From NCBI GenBank assembly GCA_043821645.1, contig JBDRCO010000084.1, positions 1 through 41,426 of the forward strand: 41,426 bases of DNA, in the 5' to 3' direction. The first letter of the stretch is position 1. Each line of letters starts with the position of its first letter. Both the position numbers and the translations under genes were made by a program. The stretch comes from Pseudomonadota bacterium. Lineage in GTDB: Bacteria; Myxococcota; JACRCW01; JAFGSX01. Under the pieces are notes generated by a model. The model did not search any database, was not told the DNA's origin, and saw nothing but the letters and a program-made list of their open reading frames with translations. This document shows, piece after piece, positions 8,481 through 17,773 of this stretch.

Positions 8481-10454
8481 TCAGCGGTAACAGGACTCCG
8501 AGGCGCGCCGTGGTGACGGTTTGCATCTCGCTCGATCTCGCCGCCGGCTGATCGCTACCATCGCGAGCGCGAGCAGAGCACTCACCGCGGCCGGGCTGGC
8601 ATCCGAGGCCATCAGCCGACAGCCGTTGCAGCCTTGCCCGGAGAGGTCGGTGGAACCTGCATCCGAACGCGTGCCTGGAGCGCTCGCGTCCGTCGTGTCG
8701 ACCCGCGCATCTGCAGGGTTGGATCCTGCGTCCGTCGCCACATCGCGGGTGTCCTCGCTCGCCGCATCCAACGCTGTGGCGCCGGAGTCCGGGTCGAGCG
8801 GCAGCGTGTCCGGGCCTGCCGCAGCGTCCGCAAAGGGATCCACACCGGCGTCAACACCTGGCGCGAGACATTGTCCTGTGTTCGTGCAGCTGGCTGGTGC
8901 CGCACAGGGACCGCAGCTGCCACCGCAGCCGTCGCTGCCGCAGCTGCGACCCGTGCAGTCGGGCTGACAGTTGGTATCGGGTCGTCCCCACAGCAGGGTC
9001 CGCGCAAGTCCTAGTCCCATGGCGCCGCCGTAGCAGACCTCGCCGCTGGACACGGGCATCTCGAGGAACACACGGTATGGTGTCGTCAGGTCCGGGCCGA
9101 GCTGGAAGTACCGGTTGTTGCGCGCCCACAGCTCGTACCACATGTAGTAGTAGCAGGGCCCCATCTGCAGGCCGCCGGCGACCAGGTGCTTCACGTCGTA
9201 GCCGAGGTCACCGATCATCTGCCGGACCAGGTTGACGCCGCGGCGGCCGCGGTCTGTCATCCACAGCAGGTCGTAGTACTGGTCGTGACCGGGCTCGTTG
9301 CCCATGTCCCACCACTCCGCATAGCCGTAGCTCTCGTCGATCGCGTAACGGTTGCCGACGCTGGCGGCGTCTTCCATGCCGCCGGCGAAGCGGGCGATGC
9401 CCTCGAAGATGTTGACGACGTAGGTGATGTCCGGAACCGTGCCGTTCGCCGGGTTGCTGATCAACCCGCCACCGCGCATACGCCAGTAGATCGCAGCGAG
9501 GTAGAAGGCCAGCATCTCGCGCTCGTGATCGGTGAGGGAGGGATGGGCCAGGTCGTTGCGCAGCCGGCCCTGGTTCTCGACTGCCAGCCTGTCCTGCGCC
9601 GCCTGGGCCAGGCCGTCGGTGTACAGCTGATCCAGGTCTTGCCCCACCACGCTGAGTTCGTTGTCGAGTGCGCCTATCGCGCTGTGCAGATCCGCGCTGG
9701 CTCCGACGTCAAAGCACGAGGCCGAGCTCTGAAGTCGAGCGCTGGCCCGGCTGTAGGCTGCCAGACGGGCGGCTATGTTCTCGCGCAGCGTCGCGTATCT
9801 CACCTTGGCGATCACGCTGCGTGCGAGCGGCATGAAGCTGTCCGGGATCAGCCCGACCGGGTAGTCCAGGTGCGACAGAGCCTCGCCGATCAGGGCGATC
9901 TGTCCCTCAACGGTCGACAGCAGCACGCTCTGGCCAAGGAAGTTCGCGTCGACGACACCCGGTGGATGGTCGAGAACGTACACCTCGGGGAACTCGACCT
10001 CCTGGCAGGTCTTGAAGCTGCCCTCGAAGGCCGTGAGAATCTCCTGTGCAGCGGCCTGGCAACTCGACGACGCCGGCTGTATCAGAATGGCGGGTGGACT
10101 GAAGATCGCATGCGTGGCGCAGCGCTGCGCCACGCGCTGGATGGGCGGAGTGATCGCGGGGCCGCTGTCGCGGGCGCGCTGGATCATGTCCAGGGTCTCT
10201 GGATAGTAGTTGAAAGCGATCCCATCCATCTCGATCTCGACCAGCCCCGCGGGCAAGCCCGGCAGCGCCGCGTGCAGGTCTGCGAGATCGCCGGCAATAC
10301 CCGTTGGGTTCTCGGACAGTGCGGGATCGTAGTCGAAGGGGTAGTTGTTGCTGTGCGCGCTCAGAGGCTTGGGCGCGACCAGACACAGTGCTGCGAGAAG
10401 CGACGCTTTTGCCAGGTGGCCCTGTCGCCATTGCTGACCTGGATCGAATGCCAT
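8481..10454 (-). CDS. Secreted/surface protein with unknown N-terminal domain, Cys-rich module, acidic linker and MYXO-CTERM-like tail (657 aa)
   Basis: ATG 10454 follows GGGAG. Signal peptide SLLAALCLVAPKPLSA; CQPDCTGRSCGSDGCGGSCGPC; C-terminal GCNGC + hydrophobic helix + RRR. Confidence 0.8.
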   Translation of the reverse strand: MAFDPGQQWRQGHLAKASLLAALCLVAPKPLSAHSNNYPFDYDPALSENPTGIAGDLADLHAALPGLPAGLVEIEMDGIAFNYYPETLDMIQRARDSGPAITPPIQRVAQRCATHAIFSPPAILIQPASSSCQAAAQEILTAFEGSFKTCQEVEFPEVYVLDHPPGVVDANFLGQSVLLSTVEGQIALIGEALSHLDYPVGLIPDSFMPLARSVIAKVRYATLRENIAARLAAYSRASARLQSSASCFDVGASADLHSAIGALDNELSVVGQDLDQLYTDGLAQAAQDRLAVENQGRLRNDLAHPSLTDHEREMLAFYLAAIYWRMRGGGLISNPANGTVPDITYVVNIFEGIARFAGGMEDAASVGNRYAIDESYGYAEWWDMGNEPGHDQYYDLLWMTDRGRRGVNLVRQMIGDLGYDVKHLVAGGLQMGPCYYYMWYELWARNNRYFQLGPDLTTPYRVFLEMPVSSGEVCYGGAMGLGLARTLLWGRPDTNCQPDCTGRSCGSDGCGGSCGPCAAPASCTNTGQCLAPGVDAGVDPFADAAAGPDTLPLDPDSGATALDAASEDTRDVATDAGSNPADARVDTTDASAPGTRSDAGSTDLSGQGCNGCRLMASDASPAAVSALLALAMVAISRRRDRARCKPSPRRASESCYR

Positions 10455-10510
10455 CGCCAGAGCTCCCGTCGTAGGGGTTGGCCGCCCCGATGATCCCGTG
10501 ACCGACGTCC

Positions 10511-12229
10511 CTAGGGCAAAACCCCCAACGTCTGCAGCGCATCGCAGTGCCCGCCGCGGAAGTTGCCGTCGAGGTCGGTGAACAACCCGATGGCCAGGTG
10601 CTGCGGGTCCTCGCCTTGCAGCGCGGGCCAGCCGCCCTCCCAGTTGGGCACTCCGGTGCGCGCGAAGGATCCCCAGGCCTGCTGCATCCGCGCGCTCAGG
10701 TCCAGGTCGAGCAGGCTGGGCACCAGGCCCGAGCTGGTGAAGTTGCCGAACACGTAGAAGATGTCCGAGCCGTGCAGCGGTCCGTGCACGCTCATCAACG
10801 CGCCGGGGCCGTTCTCCAGGTGGTACGCGTAGCCCAGGCCGTCGAGGGACTGAGCGGCGTGGTAGCTGTTGCAGTTGAACAGGATCTCGCCAACGAAGGC
10901 GTCGAAGGCGTCCTTGGCCACCGGGTATTCCAGCACGCTGTACAGGGCGACCACCTCGGCGGCCAGGTCCGCGTCGCCGAACAGCTCGGCCAGGGCGTTC
11001 TCGAAGTCCAGGTAGGTCAGAATCACCTCGGTGGAGGTGAACAACGGCGCCTCGTTGCCGTTGCTGCCGACGATCATCGGCCGCGCCGGCGCGTCCCCGG
11101 AGACAATGCGTGCGTAGGGCAGCTGCGGCAGCACCACCCCGTCGACGGCCGGGCCGATCGCCACCTCGGTGTGCAGCACGCTCATCAACGCCATGCTGTC
11201 GATGGCCTGGGCCAGATCCTCGACGGGCAGAGCGCGCAGGCAGGCCAGGCGGTCGCTGGCTTCGGCGCAGCCCAGGTTCTGCATGATCCGCTCGCCCGAG
11301 TCGAAGGCGCTGGGGCCCAGCGGGCTGTCGCCGTCCAGCACCGGGAACAGCGCGCAGCTGCCACTCTGCACGATGGCCTTGTGGAACAACCCGTCGGCCA
11401 GGGGCGCGCCGATCAGCGCGCAGGTCGACATGGCCCCGGCGGACTCGCCAAATACGGTGATGTTGTCGGGGTCGCCGCCGAAGGCCGGGGCATTGGCCCG
11501 CACCCAGCGCAGCGCCTCGATCTGATCGAGCAGCCCCAGGGTGCCGACCGCGCCGCTGGGGTCCTCGGCCTGCAGCTCGGGGATCGCCAGGTAGCCCAGG
11601 GCGCCGAGCCGGTAGTTGAGGGTGACCACCACCACGTCGGCGTCGCGGGCCAGGTCTGCAGCGTCGTAAGCCAGCATGGCGGTCTCGCCGATCATGAAGC
11701 CGCCGCCATAGATCCAGACCATCACCGGTCGCGGGATACTGTCCTGGTGGGCCCAAACGTTGAGGCTCAGGCAGTCCTCGTCGGTGGCGTTGAAGGTGAG
11801 CATGGCCTGCGGGCAGCTGGGGCCGTAGTCGTCGACCTCGCGTACGCCGTCCCAGGGCTCGGCCGGCTGCGGCGCGCGCAGGCGCAGCTCGCCGATCGGG
11901 GGCCGGGCGTAGGGGATGCCCCTGAACACCCGCAGGTCGTCGCCGTCCTCGCGGCCGCGCAGGCTGCCCAGGCTGGTGCTTACCTCGGTGCCGGTCTGAA
12001 AGGGCACAGAGCTGGTCGCGTCCTCGGAGGCCGCGTCCCCGGCGTCCGCGCCACTGCTGGCATCGCCCGCCGCATGGGCGTCTGCAGCGTCGAGCATGGC
12101 CGTGTCCGCGGGTCCAGCGTCGACAAGCAGCGCATCGCCCGCGCCGGTGTCACGAGAGCCCACCGCGATGTCGTCGCAGGCGAGCAGAAGCAGCAGAAGG
12201 GCGGGAAACAGCAGCGAACGAAGCAGCAT
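10511..12229 (-). CDS. Carboxylesterase type B family lipoprotein
   Basis: FRGIPYARPP, EDCLSLNVW, WIYGGGF, GESAG (Ser), GSNGNE (Glu), HGSDI (His). Lipobox LLAC; DAG-rich linker. Confidence 0.93.
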   Translation of the reverse strand: MLLRSLLFPALLLLLLACDDIAVGSRDTGAGDALLVDAGPADTAMLDAADAHAAGDASSGADAGDAASEDATSSVPFQTGTEVSTSLGSLRGREDGDDLRVFRGIPYARPPIGELRLRAPQPAEPWDGVREVDDYGPSCPQAMLTFNATDEDCLSLNVWAHQDSIPRPVMVWIYGGGFMIGETAMLAYDAADLARDADVVVVTLNYRLGALGYLAIPELQAEDPSGAVGTLGLLDQIEALRWVRANAPAFGGDPDNITVFGESAGAMSTCALIGAPLADGLFHKAIVQSGSCALFPVLDGDSPLGPSAFDSGERIMQNLGCAEASDRLACLRALPVEDLAQAIDSMALMSVLHTEVAIGPAVDGVVLPQLPYARIVSGDAPARPMIVGSNGNEAPLFTSTEVILTYLDFENALAELFGDADLAAEVVALYSVLEYPVAKDAFDAFVGEILFNCNSYHAAQSLDGLGYAYHLENGPGALMSVHGPLHGSDIFYVFGNFTSSGLVPSLLDLDLSARMQQAWGSFARTGVPNWEGGWPALQGEDPQHLAIGLFTDLDGNFRGGHCDALQTLGVLP

Positions 12230-12417
12230 GAATACAGCTCCCGGGACCGGAGATGAGCGGAGCCGTCATTGATGGCGCTGGCCGAATCGTCTGGCAAGGG
12301 TGGACCCGCGCATGCGCCGGCTCTGGCCCCCAACACAGGAGCCACCCGATGGTCCGTCAGCACCTGTCACAAGGAGCCAGACTCCAGCGCAGGGTCGGTC
12401 GGAGCGCGCGGCTATCG

Positions 12418-13680
12418 CTACTTGAAGAAGGGATCGCAAGGCGTGCCCAGGGCCTGCCCGGTGTAGGCGCCGAGGCTGGTGTAAACCATGGGCGCCTGCT
12501 GGAACAGGTTCATCTGGGTCAACTTCTTTTCGCTGTCGCCAACCACCCAGACGGCCTCCTCGCCGTCGCGAGTCTTGCGCACCACGAAGCGGCCCTGGCT
12601 GCTGATGAACACGCTGCTGTTGCCGTCGATGATGGCATCGTCAAGCGCAAGATACCTCAGCCGCCCCTTGGTGCCGACGAACAGCCGGTAGTCGCTGTTG
12701 TTGCGCGGCGCCACGGCCTGATCGACGAAGAAGTAGGTGCCTGCGTCGTCGCGGGCGAGGGCACGGGCGGTGCGCTGCCAGCGAACGGCATGCAGCGTGG
12801 CCTTCTTGATGAGCTTCTGCTGCTCGGCCTTGCTCACGGGATGATACGCAACCACGGTCTCGTCGCAGCGAAGGCTGTACTCGCTTTTCTTCTTCTCGAA
12901 GCTGCGGCGCCAGCCATCGGTGATCCGGCCATCCCAGAAGGTGGCGTTCCAGGACTCCTTGCCCGAGGCGCCACCGCTGTTCACGCGCTGCGCGTACAGG
13001 TGCGTGCCGTCACCGGCGAACAGGGGCCCATGATGACGCTGCTCGGCATCGAAGGCGATGTAGTGGCCCTTGCCGTCCCCCACCCAGCTGAGCGCTGTGG
13101 CCTTGAGCGTGCCCTCGTAGGGCAGGTCCTTGGCGGCCGCGGGGGGCTCGTCACCGCTGAAGGTGGCCACGGGGTGATTGGCCACGGCTGCCACTGGCGG
13201 TGCGCTGACGGTGCCCAGCTTGTTCTGGGCCTTCTCGAGCAGCTCGCCAACCATGCCCGGCATGACGTCGAGCACGTCGTCGACGGTGCCCCCCTTGAGA
13301 CGACGGTCGGCGGCGGCGACGACCTTGACTGCCGTCACGTCGATGAGCTTGAGGCTGATCAGCCAGCTCTGGCCCACCTTGCCCACGCGGCCGGTGGCCA
13401 GACCCGCGGCACCCGCGGCGCTGCCGACCTGTGCCAGACACGAGTCATCGGCGCAGCCCACCAGCTGCGCGAGTTGCTCGTGCGAGAGCACCGCCTGCAG
13501 CTCGCTGTAGGCCAGCACCTGGTAGCCCGACTGGCGCCTGAGCTCTGCCGTGAACGATTCGCTCAGTCCATCGACGACGCCCGCGGTGGTGCCGTCACCA
13601 GCGGCCAGCGGTGCCACCGCCAGCTTGACCGGTGTTGTGGCGTCGAGGGCGAGTCCACACAAGATCAGTGCTGTGAGCAT
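12418..13680 (-). CDS. Secreted hypothetical protein with N-terminal CsgG/TolB-N-like (DUF2380-type) domain
   Basis: KLAVAPL, QLVGCADDSCLAQVG..AGA..LATGRVGKVG..WLISLKLID pattern. C-terminal domain not recognised. Confidence 0.7.
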   Translation of the reverse strand: MLTALILCGLALDATTPVKLAVAPLAAGDGTTAGVVDGLSESFTAELRRQSGYQVLAYSELQAVLSHEQLAQLVGCADDSCLAQVGSAAGAAGLATGRVGKVGQSWLISLKLIDVTAVKVVAAADRRLKGGTVDDVLDVMPGMVGELLEKAQNKLGTVSAPPVAAVANHPVATFSGDEPPAAAKDLPYEGTLKATALSWVGDGKGHYIAFDAEQRHHGPLFAGDGTHLYAQRVNSGGASGKESWNATFWDGRITDGWRRSFEKKKSEYSLRCDETVVAYHPVSKAEQQKLIKKATLHAVRWQRTARALARDDAGTYFFVDQAVAPRNNSDYRLFVGTKGRLRYLALDDAIIDGNSSVFISSQGRFVVRKTRDGEEAVWVVGDSEKKLTQMNLFQQAPMVYTSLGAYTGQALGTPCDPFFK

Positions 13681-13899
13681 GGTGCCTACCTTGTTGTCGT
13701 CCGTGGTTCGGTGGGCCGGGACTCTAGCCCGAATTCATCACCCGTTCACCTGCTGCCATTGCCCATCGCGTCGCCAGGTTGCAGCGGGCTCGCCGGCTCC
13801 CCAAGACGTGGTGTCCACGACGTTGAAAGCTGACCGAGCCAAGACCACGGGACAGAGGCCACAGGACCCTGCCGACTTCCCGCGGGGCACGACCACTGT

Positions 13900-13928
13900 T
13901 TGCCCGATACCAGGGCTCAGGCGATACT
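13900..13928 (+). promoter_or_regulatory. Candidate sigma70-type promoter
   Basis: TTGCCC (13900-13905), 17-nt spacer, GATACT (13923-13928), about 40 nt upstream of the GTG at 13970. Confidence 0.4.
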
Positions 13929-13969
13929 CAGCTCCGCGCGCAACAGAGCGCGTGTGCGGGAGGTATGAG

Positions 13970-14482
13970 GTGGCTGACGAGAAGAGAATCCCGACCCAGG
14001 TCCTGGTCCGCTACGTGGAGCAGAGTGAACCTGCGGAGACAAGTCGCATTCGCCGCGACGGCGACAAGATGTGGCTGGCTGAGCTCTTCTGTCACCGGGG
14101 TCACAGCCTGATCAGCGACGACGTCGAGTTTGATGGCCATGCGGCCGTGCACATCGTCGTGCGTGCGGCCGGCGGCGCGGTGGGCCCGGCCGACTTCTTC
14201 CTCTCGCCGCTGATCAACGACCCGCGCAAGCGGGGGCCGGATCTCCCCGAGGGCGCGCTGCTCACCCTGCACTGCCCGCACTGCGATGAGGAACTGCGCA
14301 AGCTGGTGCCGTGCACCTGCGGTGAAGGCGCCTACCGGCGCGCCGTCTACCTGACCCCGGATCCCGAGGCGATGGGCGCGGTGGGAGTCTGTGACCGCTT
14401 TGGCTGCCCGCAGTCCTTTGTCACAGAGGACGGTGAACTGCTCTATGAGGTGGTGGTGCAGGCTGATGAGAGGCATGGCTAG
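13970..14482 (+). CDS. Cys/His-rich putative metal-binding hypothetical protein (170 aa)
   Basis: GTG 13970 follows GGAGGT. Motifs CHRGH, CPHC, CTC, CDRFGC; strong GC3 bias. Confidence 0.7.
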   Translation: MADEKRIPTQVLVRYVEQSEPAETSRIRRDGDKMWLAELFCHRGHSLISDDVEFDGHAAVHIVVRAAGGAVGPADFFLSPLINDPRKRGPDLPEGALLTLHCPHCDEELRKLVPCTCGEGAYRRAVYLTPDPEAMGAVGVCDRFGCPQSFVTEDGELLYEVVVQADERHG

Positions 14483-14575
14483 CAGGGAAGCAAAGCTGTC
14501 CGTCGTGAGCAGTGGGGCCCTGCCTGGACTGCGCGACTCGCCAAGAATCCAGTTTCTACGGATCATCCCCCCTCG

Positions 14576-15085
14576 TTACCGGTGGCCGCGTCGCGCCAAA
14601 CCCAGGGCCAGCAGCACGACCTGCATGCGCAGTGGTCGAACGCCCAGTCCTCCCGTGCATTCGCAGCCCCTGCTGACCCAGGCGGAGCCGATTGCTCCGT
14701 CGGCCATCGGCGCAGGCTCTTAGACCATGATGGTCACGCTGGCGGTCGCCGTGGCGCCATCGTCGTCGGTGACCGTCAGCGTCGCCACGAACGAGCCCGG
14801 TTTGCCAAAGGTATGGGTCGGATCCTGCTCGCCAGATGTGGCGCCGTCGGTCATGCTCCAGCGACATCCGACGATGGTCCCGTCGTCGTCGTCACCGGCG
14901 CCAGAGAATGCCACCGTCAGCGGTGCATCAACCGCCATCGGCGTGGCCGACACAAAGGAGCGGGTGATCGAGACCTCGGGATGGGTCGAGTACGCGCGGG
15001 CGGGCGGCGCGCCAGACAGCACCGCGATCAGGAGCAGGGCGACGCCGCTGCCGAGTCGGTCCCGTACGCTGATACTGAATCGCTT
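14576..15085 (-). pseudogene. Disrupted signal peptide-PKD-MYXO-CTERM gene (in-frame TAA at 14720-14722; no in-frame start before the signal peptide)
   Basis: PKD domain (APLTVAFSG...DDDGTIV..RW...DG....P.HTF.KPGSF.ATLTVTDDDGAT). The same frame encodes a signal-like KRFS..GVALLLIAVLSGAPPARA upstream and SRGCECTGG..VVLLALGLARRGHR downstream of the stop. Confidence 0.65.
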
Positions 15086-15506
15086 TGTTTGAACTTGGTG
15101 GCGATCTTCCTGGTCCGCGTGACGCCTGGAAGGATGGCCTCTTTGGCGTGTGCATCATTCAAGCAGCTCCCGCGCGATTCGGGTCGAGCCGTGAGGCTGA
15201 GCGTGCCGTTGATTCTCGGCCGGGCTCAGAACAACGGACTAGGATGCGCGAGGGTTGGCCTGGCCAGGTTGACGTTCGACTGGCAGTTCGCGGGTGCGAA
15301 GAGAATGTGCCACCGACCTGGCGCGCTGCGACGGCGAGCGATATATCGTCGCCACTGCCAGTGCTGACAGTTCATAGACCGAGGGGGTCAGTCAGATCAT
15401 GCCCAGCATTCACCGTCTCCGGACCGCCTATGGAGGGGTCCGCGCGACGGGTGATGAGTCCTGTTCATTTCTCATGATGGTTACGAGACGGGAGGGGAGT
15501 GACTCG

Positions 15507-17732
15507 ATGCCGACACGCCACATTCGGCGGACCCTCGAGAGGTCTCTCCAACTCTTGTCCCTCCTGGTGGCTGCGGGCGTGTTCGCATTCGCATGCACGC
15601 CGGGCGTCGTCGATCCAGATGGTGGTGGCAATGACGCGGACACGCAATGTCACGACGACAGCGACTGCGACGACGGAATATTCTGCAACGGCTCCGGGAG
15701 CTGCTCCGGTGGAACGTGCCAGCAGTTGGGTGACCCCTGCCTGGATGATGGCCTCGATTGCACGACGACCTGCGATACGGCTCTCGATAAATGCTCCGTT
15801 AGGGCTTCAAGCTGTCATGTCGACGGCGTCTGTCGTGTCGACGGTGAATCCAATCCATCCAATCCCTGTGCGGAGTGCATCCCGGGAGAGAGCCAGACCT
15901 CGTGGAGCCCGGATGACACCAACAGCTGCGACGATGGTCTGTGGTGTACGGGCACGGAAACCTGCAGCCAGGGTTCCTGTGTGTCGGGGACGCCACCATG
16001 TACGTCGGACACTCCGGACTGCAACGATGTGTGCGATGACATCGAGGATCTGTGCACCGTGGCGGTCGACACGTGCCTCATTGGCGCCAGTGCCAGCAGC
16101 GTGAACGGCACCTGCTACACTGCCGGCCAAGCCAATCCGACCAATACCCTCGAAGTATGCAGCCCGGGGACGAGCCAGACCTCGTGGAGCCCGGACGCCA
16201 CTGCCACCGTCGCATGTGACGACACCAATGCCGTGACCTTGTGCGGCTCGCTGGATCACTGTGTGGACGGTTTCTGCTGCAACACGACCTGCGAAGGTGC
16301 GTGTGAGGCCTGCAACCTCGTCGGCCATGAAGGCCAGTGCTCGGTGCTAGGAAGCAGCGTGGAATGCCGCAGCCCAGCCGGCCCCTGCGACCTTGCGGAG
16401 ACCTGCACCGGTCAGAGCCCCGCATGTCCGGAGGACCTGTTCCAGGATGGAACCCTGTGCGGTACCGCGCAGTCCGGCGATCTGTGTGACCTCGACGATT
16501 ACTGCAACGGGCTCGGCGTCGCGTGCCCGGACAATTTCCGGGGAGCCATCGGAGAGAGGTGTTCGATCGCGGGAGAGTGTTGTGAAGGGACGTGCAACGT
16601 TCAGAGGGGTCTCTGTTCGATCGCAAGTTGCGTTGGAGCGGATGACTGGACGCCGTGCGTGGTCGTAACCACTCCCGATCGAGGCTACGACATCTGCATG
16701 GGCGGGGAGTGCATTTCCCCTGGCTGCGGCGACGGGACCTGTAATCTTCCTGGCCCGCACTTTCCGCTGGCCGACACCAACCTGCTCGAGTGCTACGACG
16801 GTGGCGCGACCATGACCTGCCCGGCCGAGGGTCTGGCGTTCTTCGGTCAAGACGCGCAGTACGGCTGGGACACAACCCACGACATGACCGAACGATTCAC
16901 CAAAGACATGGCCTCTACACCGGACCCCGTGCTGACTGACAATGTCACCGGTCTACAGTGGCAGGCTTGTCCCGGGGGACGCGACGGAGAAGGGTGTGCC
17001 GCTGGCAACTCGATGACGAGCGACTGGCAGACGTCCCTGGACTACTGCGACGGTCTCGACTGGGGTGGTCACGCCGACTGGCGCTTGCCGGACGAGCACG
17101 AGCTGCTGTCCATCACGCACGCTGGTCGCACCAACCCTGCCATCGACGAGCGTTTTTTCCCGTTCACGCCCTGGGGCAACTTCTGGACCCTGTCGACCTA
17201 CGCCGACGGACCCACCAACGCCTGGCGGGTGTCGTTTGGCACGGGCAACATGTACTTCGATGCAAAGACGACGCTGAACTACACGCGCTGCGTCCGCGGA
17301 GGACCTTTCGTGGCCAGGCAGTTCGACATCGCCACGGTGAACGGTGACCGGGTGGTCACGGACACCCTCACGGGTTTGCAGTGGCAGGGCTGCGTCGACG
17401 GGAGGAGCGGTGGCGACTGCTCGAGCGGCGGTGGGATCCCGACCGACTGGGCGAGCGCGCTGTCCATCTGCGAGGACTCCACCTGGGCGGCGTTCGAGGA
17501 CTGGCGACTGCCGAACATCAAGGAGCTGGAGAGCATTGCCGACCACCGACGGTTTGGCCCCGCCATTGATACGGTGGCATTTCCGTTCACGCCCTCGGAC
17601 TGGTCCTGGTCGTCCACGGCCTATCCAGGAAACGTTGCCAACGCCTGCCCCATCGGTTTCGGGCACGGCTTCATGGGCAACCTCGTCAAGACGAACAATC
17701 TCTACGTCCGCTGCGTGCGCCTCGGAATGTGA
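15507..17732 (+). CDS. Cys-rich repeat lipoprotein with two C-terminal DUF1566 (Lcl C-terminal, C-type-lectin-like) domains (741 aa)
   Basis: Lipobox AFAC. CDDG.FC.G...C repeats and disintegrin-like CR..AGPCDLAETC. Two D..TGLQWQ / DWRLP...EL.SI / RCVR domains. Confidence 0.88.
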   Translation: MPTRHIRRTLERSLQLLSLLVAAGVFAFACTPGVVDPDGGGNDADTQCHDDSDCDDGIFCNGSGSCSGGTCQQLGDPCLDDGLDCTTTCDTALDKCSVRASSCHVDGVCRVDGESNPSNPCAECIPGESQTSWSPDDTNSCDDGLWCTGTETCSQGSCVSGTPPCTSDTPDCNDVCDDIEDLCTVAVDTCLIGASASSVNGTCYTAGQANPTNTLEVCSPGTSQTSWSPDATATVACDDTNAVTLCGSLDHCVDGFCCNTTCEGACEACNLVGHEGQCSVLGSSVECRSPAGPCDLAETCTGQSPACPEDLFQDGTLCGTAQSGDLCDLDDYCNGLGVACPDNFRGAIGERCSIAGECCEGTCNVQRGLCSIASCVGADDWTPCVVVTTPDRGYDICMGGECISPGCGDGTCNLPGPHFPLADTNLLECYDGGATMTCPAEGLAFFGQDAQYGWDTTHDMTERFTKDMASTPDPVLTDNVTGLQWQACPGGRDGEGCAAGNSMTSDWQTSLDYCDGLDWGGHADWRLPDEHELLSITHAGRTNPAIDERFFPFTPWGNFWTLSTYADGPTNAWRVSFGTGNMYFDAKTTLNYTRCVRGGPFVARQFDIATVNGDRVVTDTLTGLQWQGCVDGRSGGDCSSGGGIPTDWASALSICEDSTWAAFEDWRLPNIKELESIADHRRFGPAIDTVAFPFTPSDWSWSSTAYPGNVANACPIGFGHGFMGNLVKTNNLYVRCVRLGM
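15890..16195 (+). repeat. Exact 24-bp intragenic direct repeat GAGCCAGACCTCGTGGAGCCCGGA
   Basis: Copies at 15890-15913 and 16172-16195, both encoding SQTSWSP. Confidence 0.8.
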
Positions 17733-17773
17733 ACTGCGTATCCAGGTGCTCGCGTTCTGCCCTTGCTGACAGA

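Noticed and set aside
8481-11756. 1091-aa ORF as a single gene
   Set aside because: The first ~434 codons are an off-frame shadow of the carboxylesterase gene. The real start is ATG 10454, with an SD and signal peptide.
14720-14722. Selenocysteine or pyrrolysine recoding of the PKD internal stop
   Set aside because: The codon is TAA, not TGA or TAG.
17180-17720. DGR template/variable repeat pair between the two DUF1566 C-termini
   Set aside because: The two ends differ at all base types, not only adenines, and no reverse transcriptase or Avd gene is in the window.
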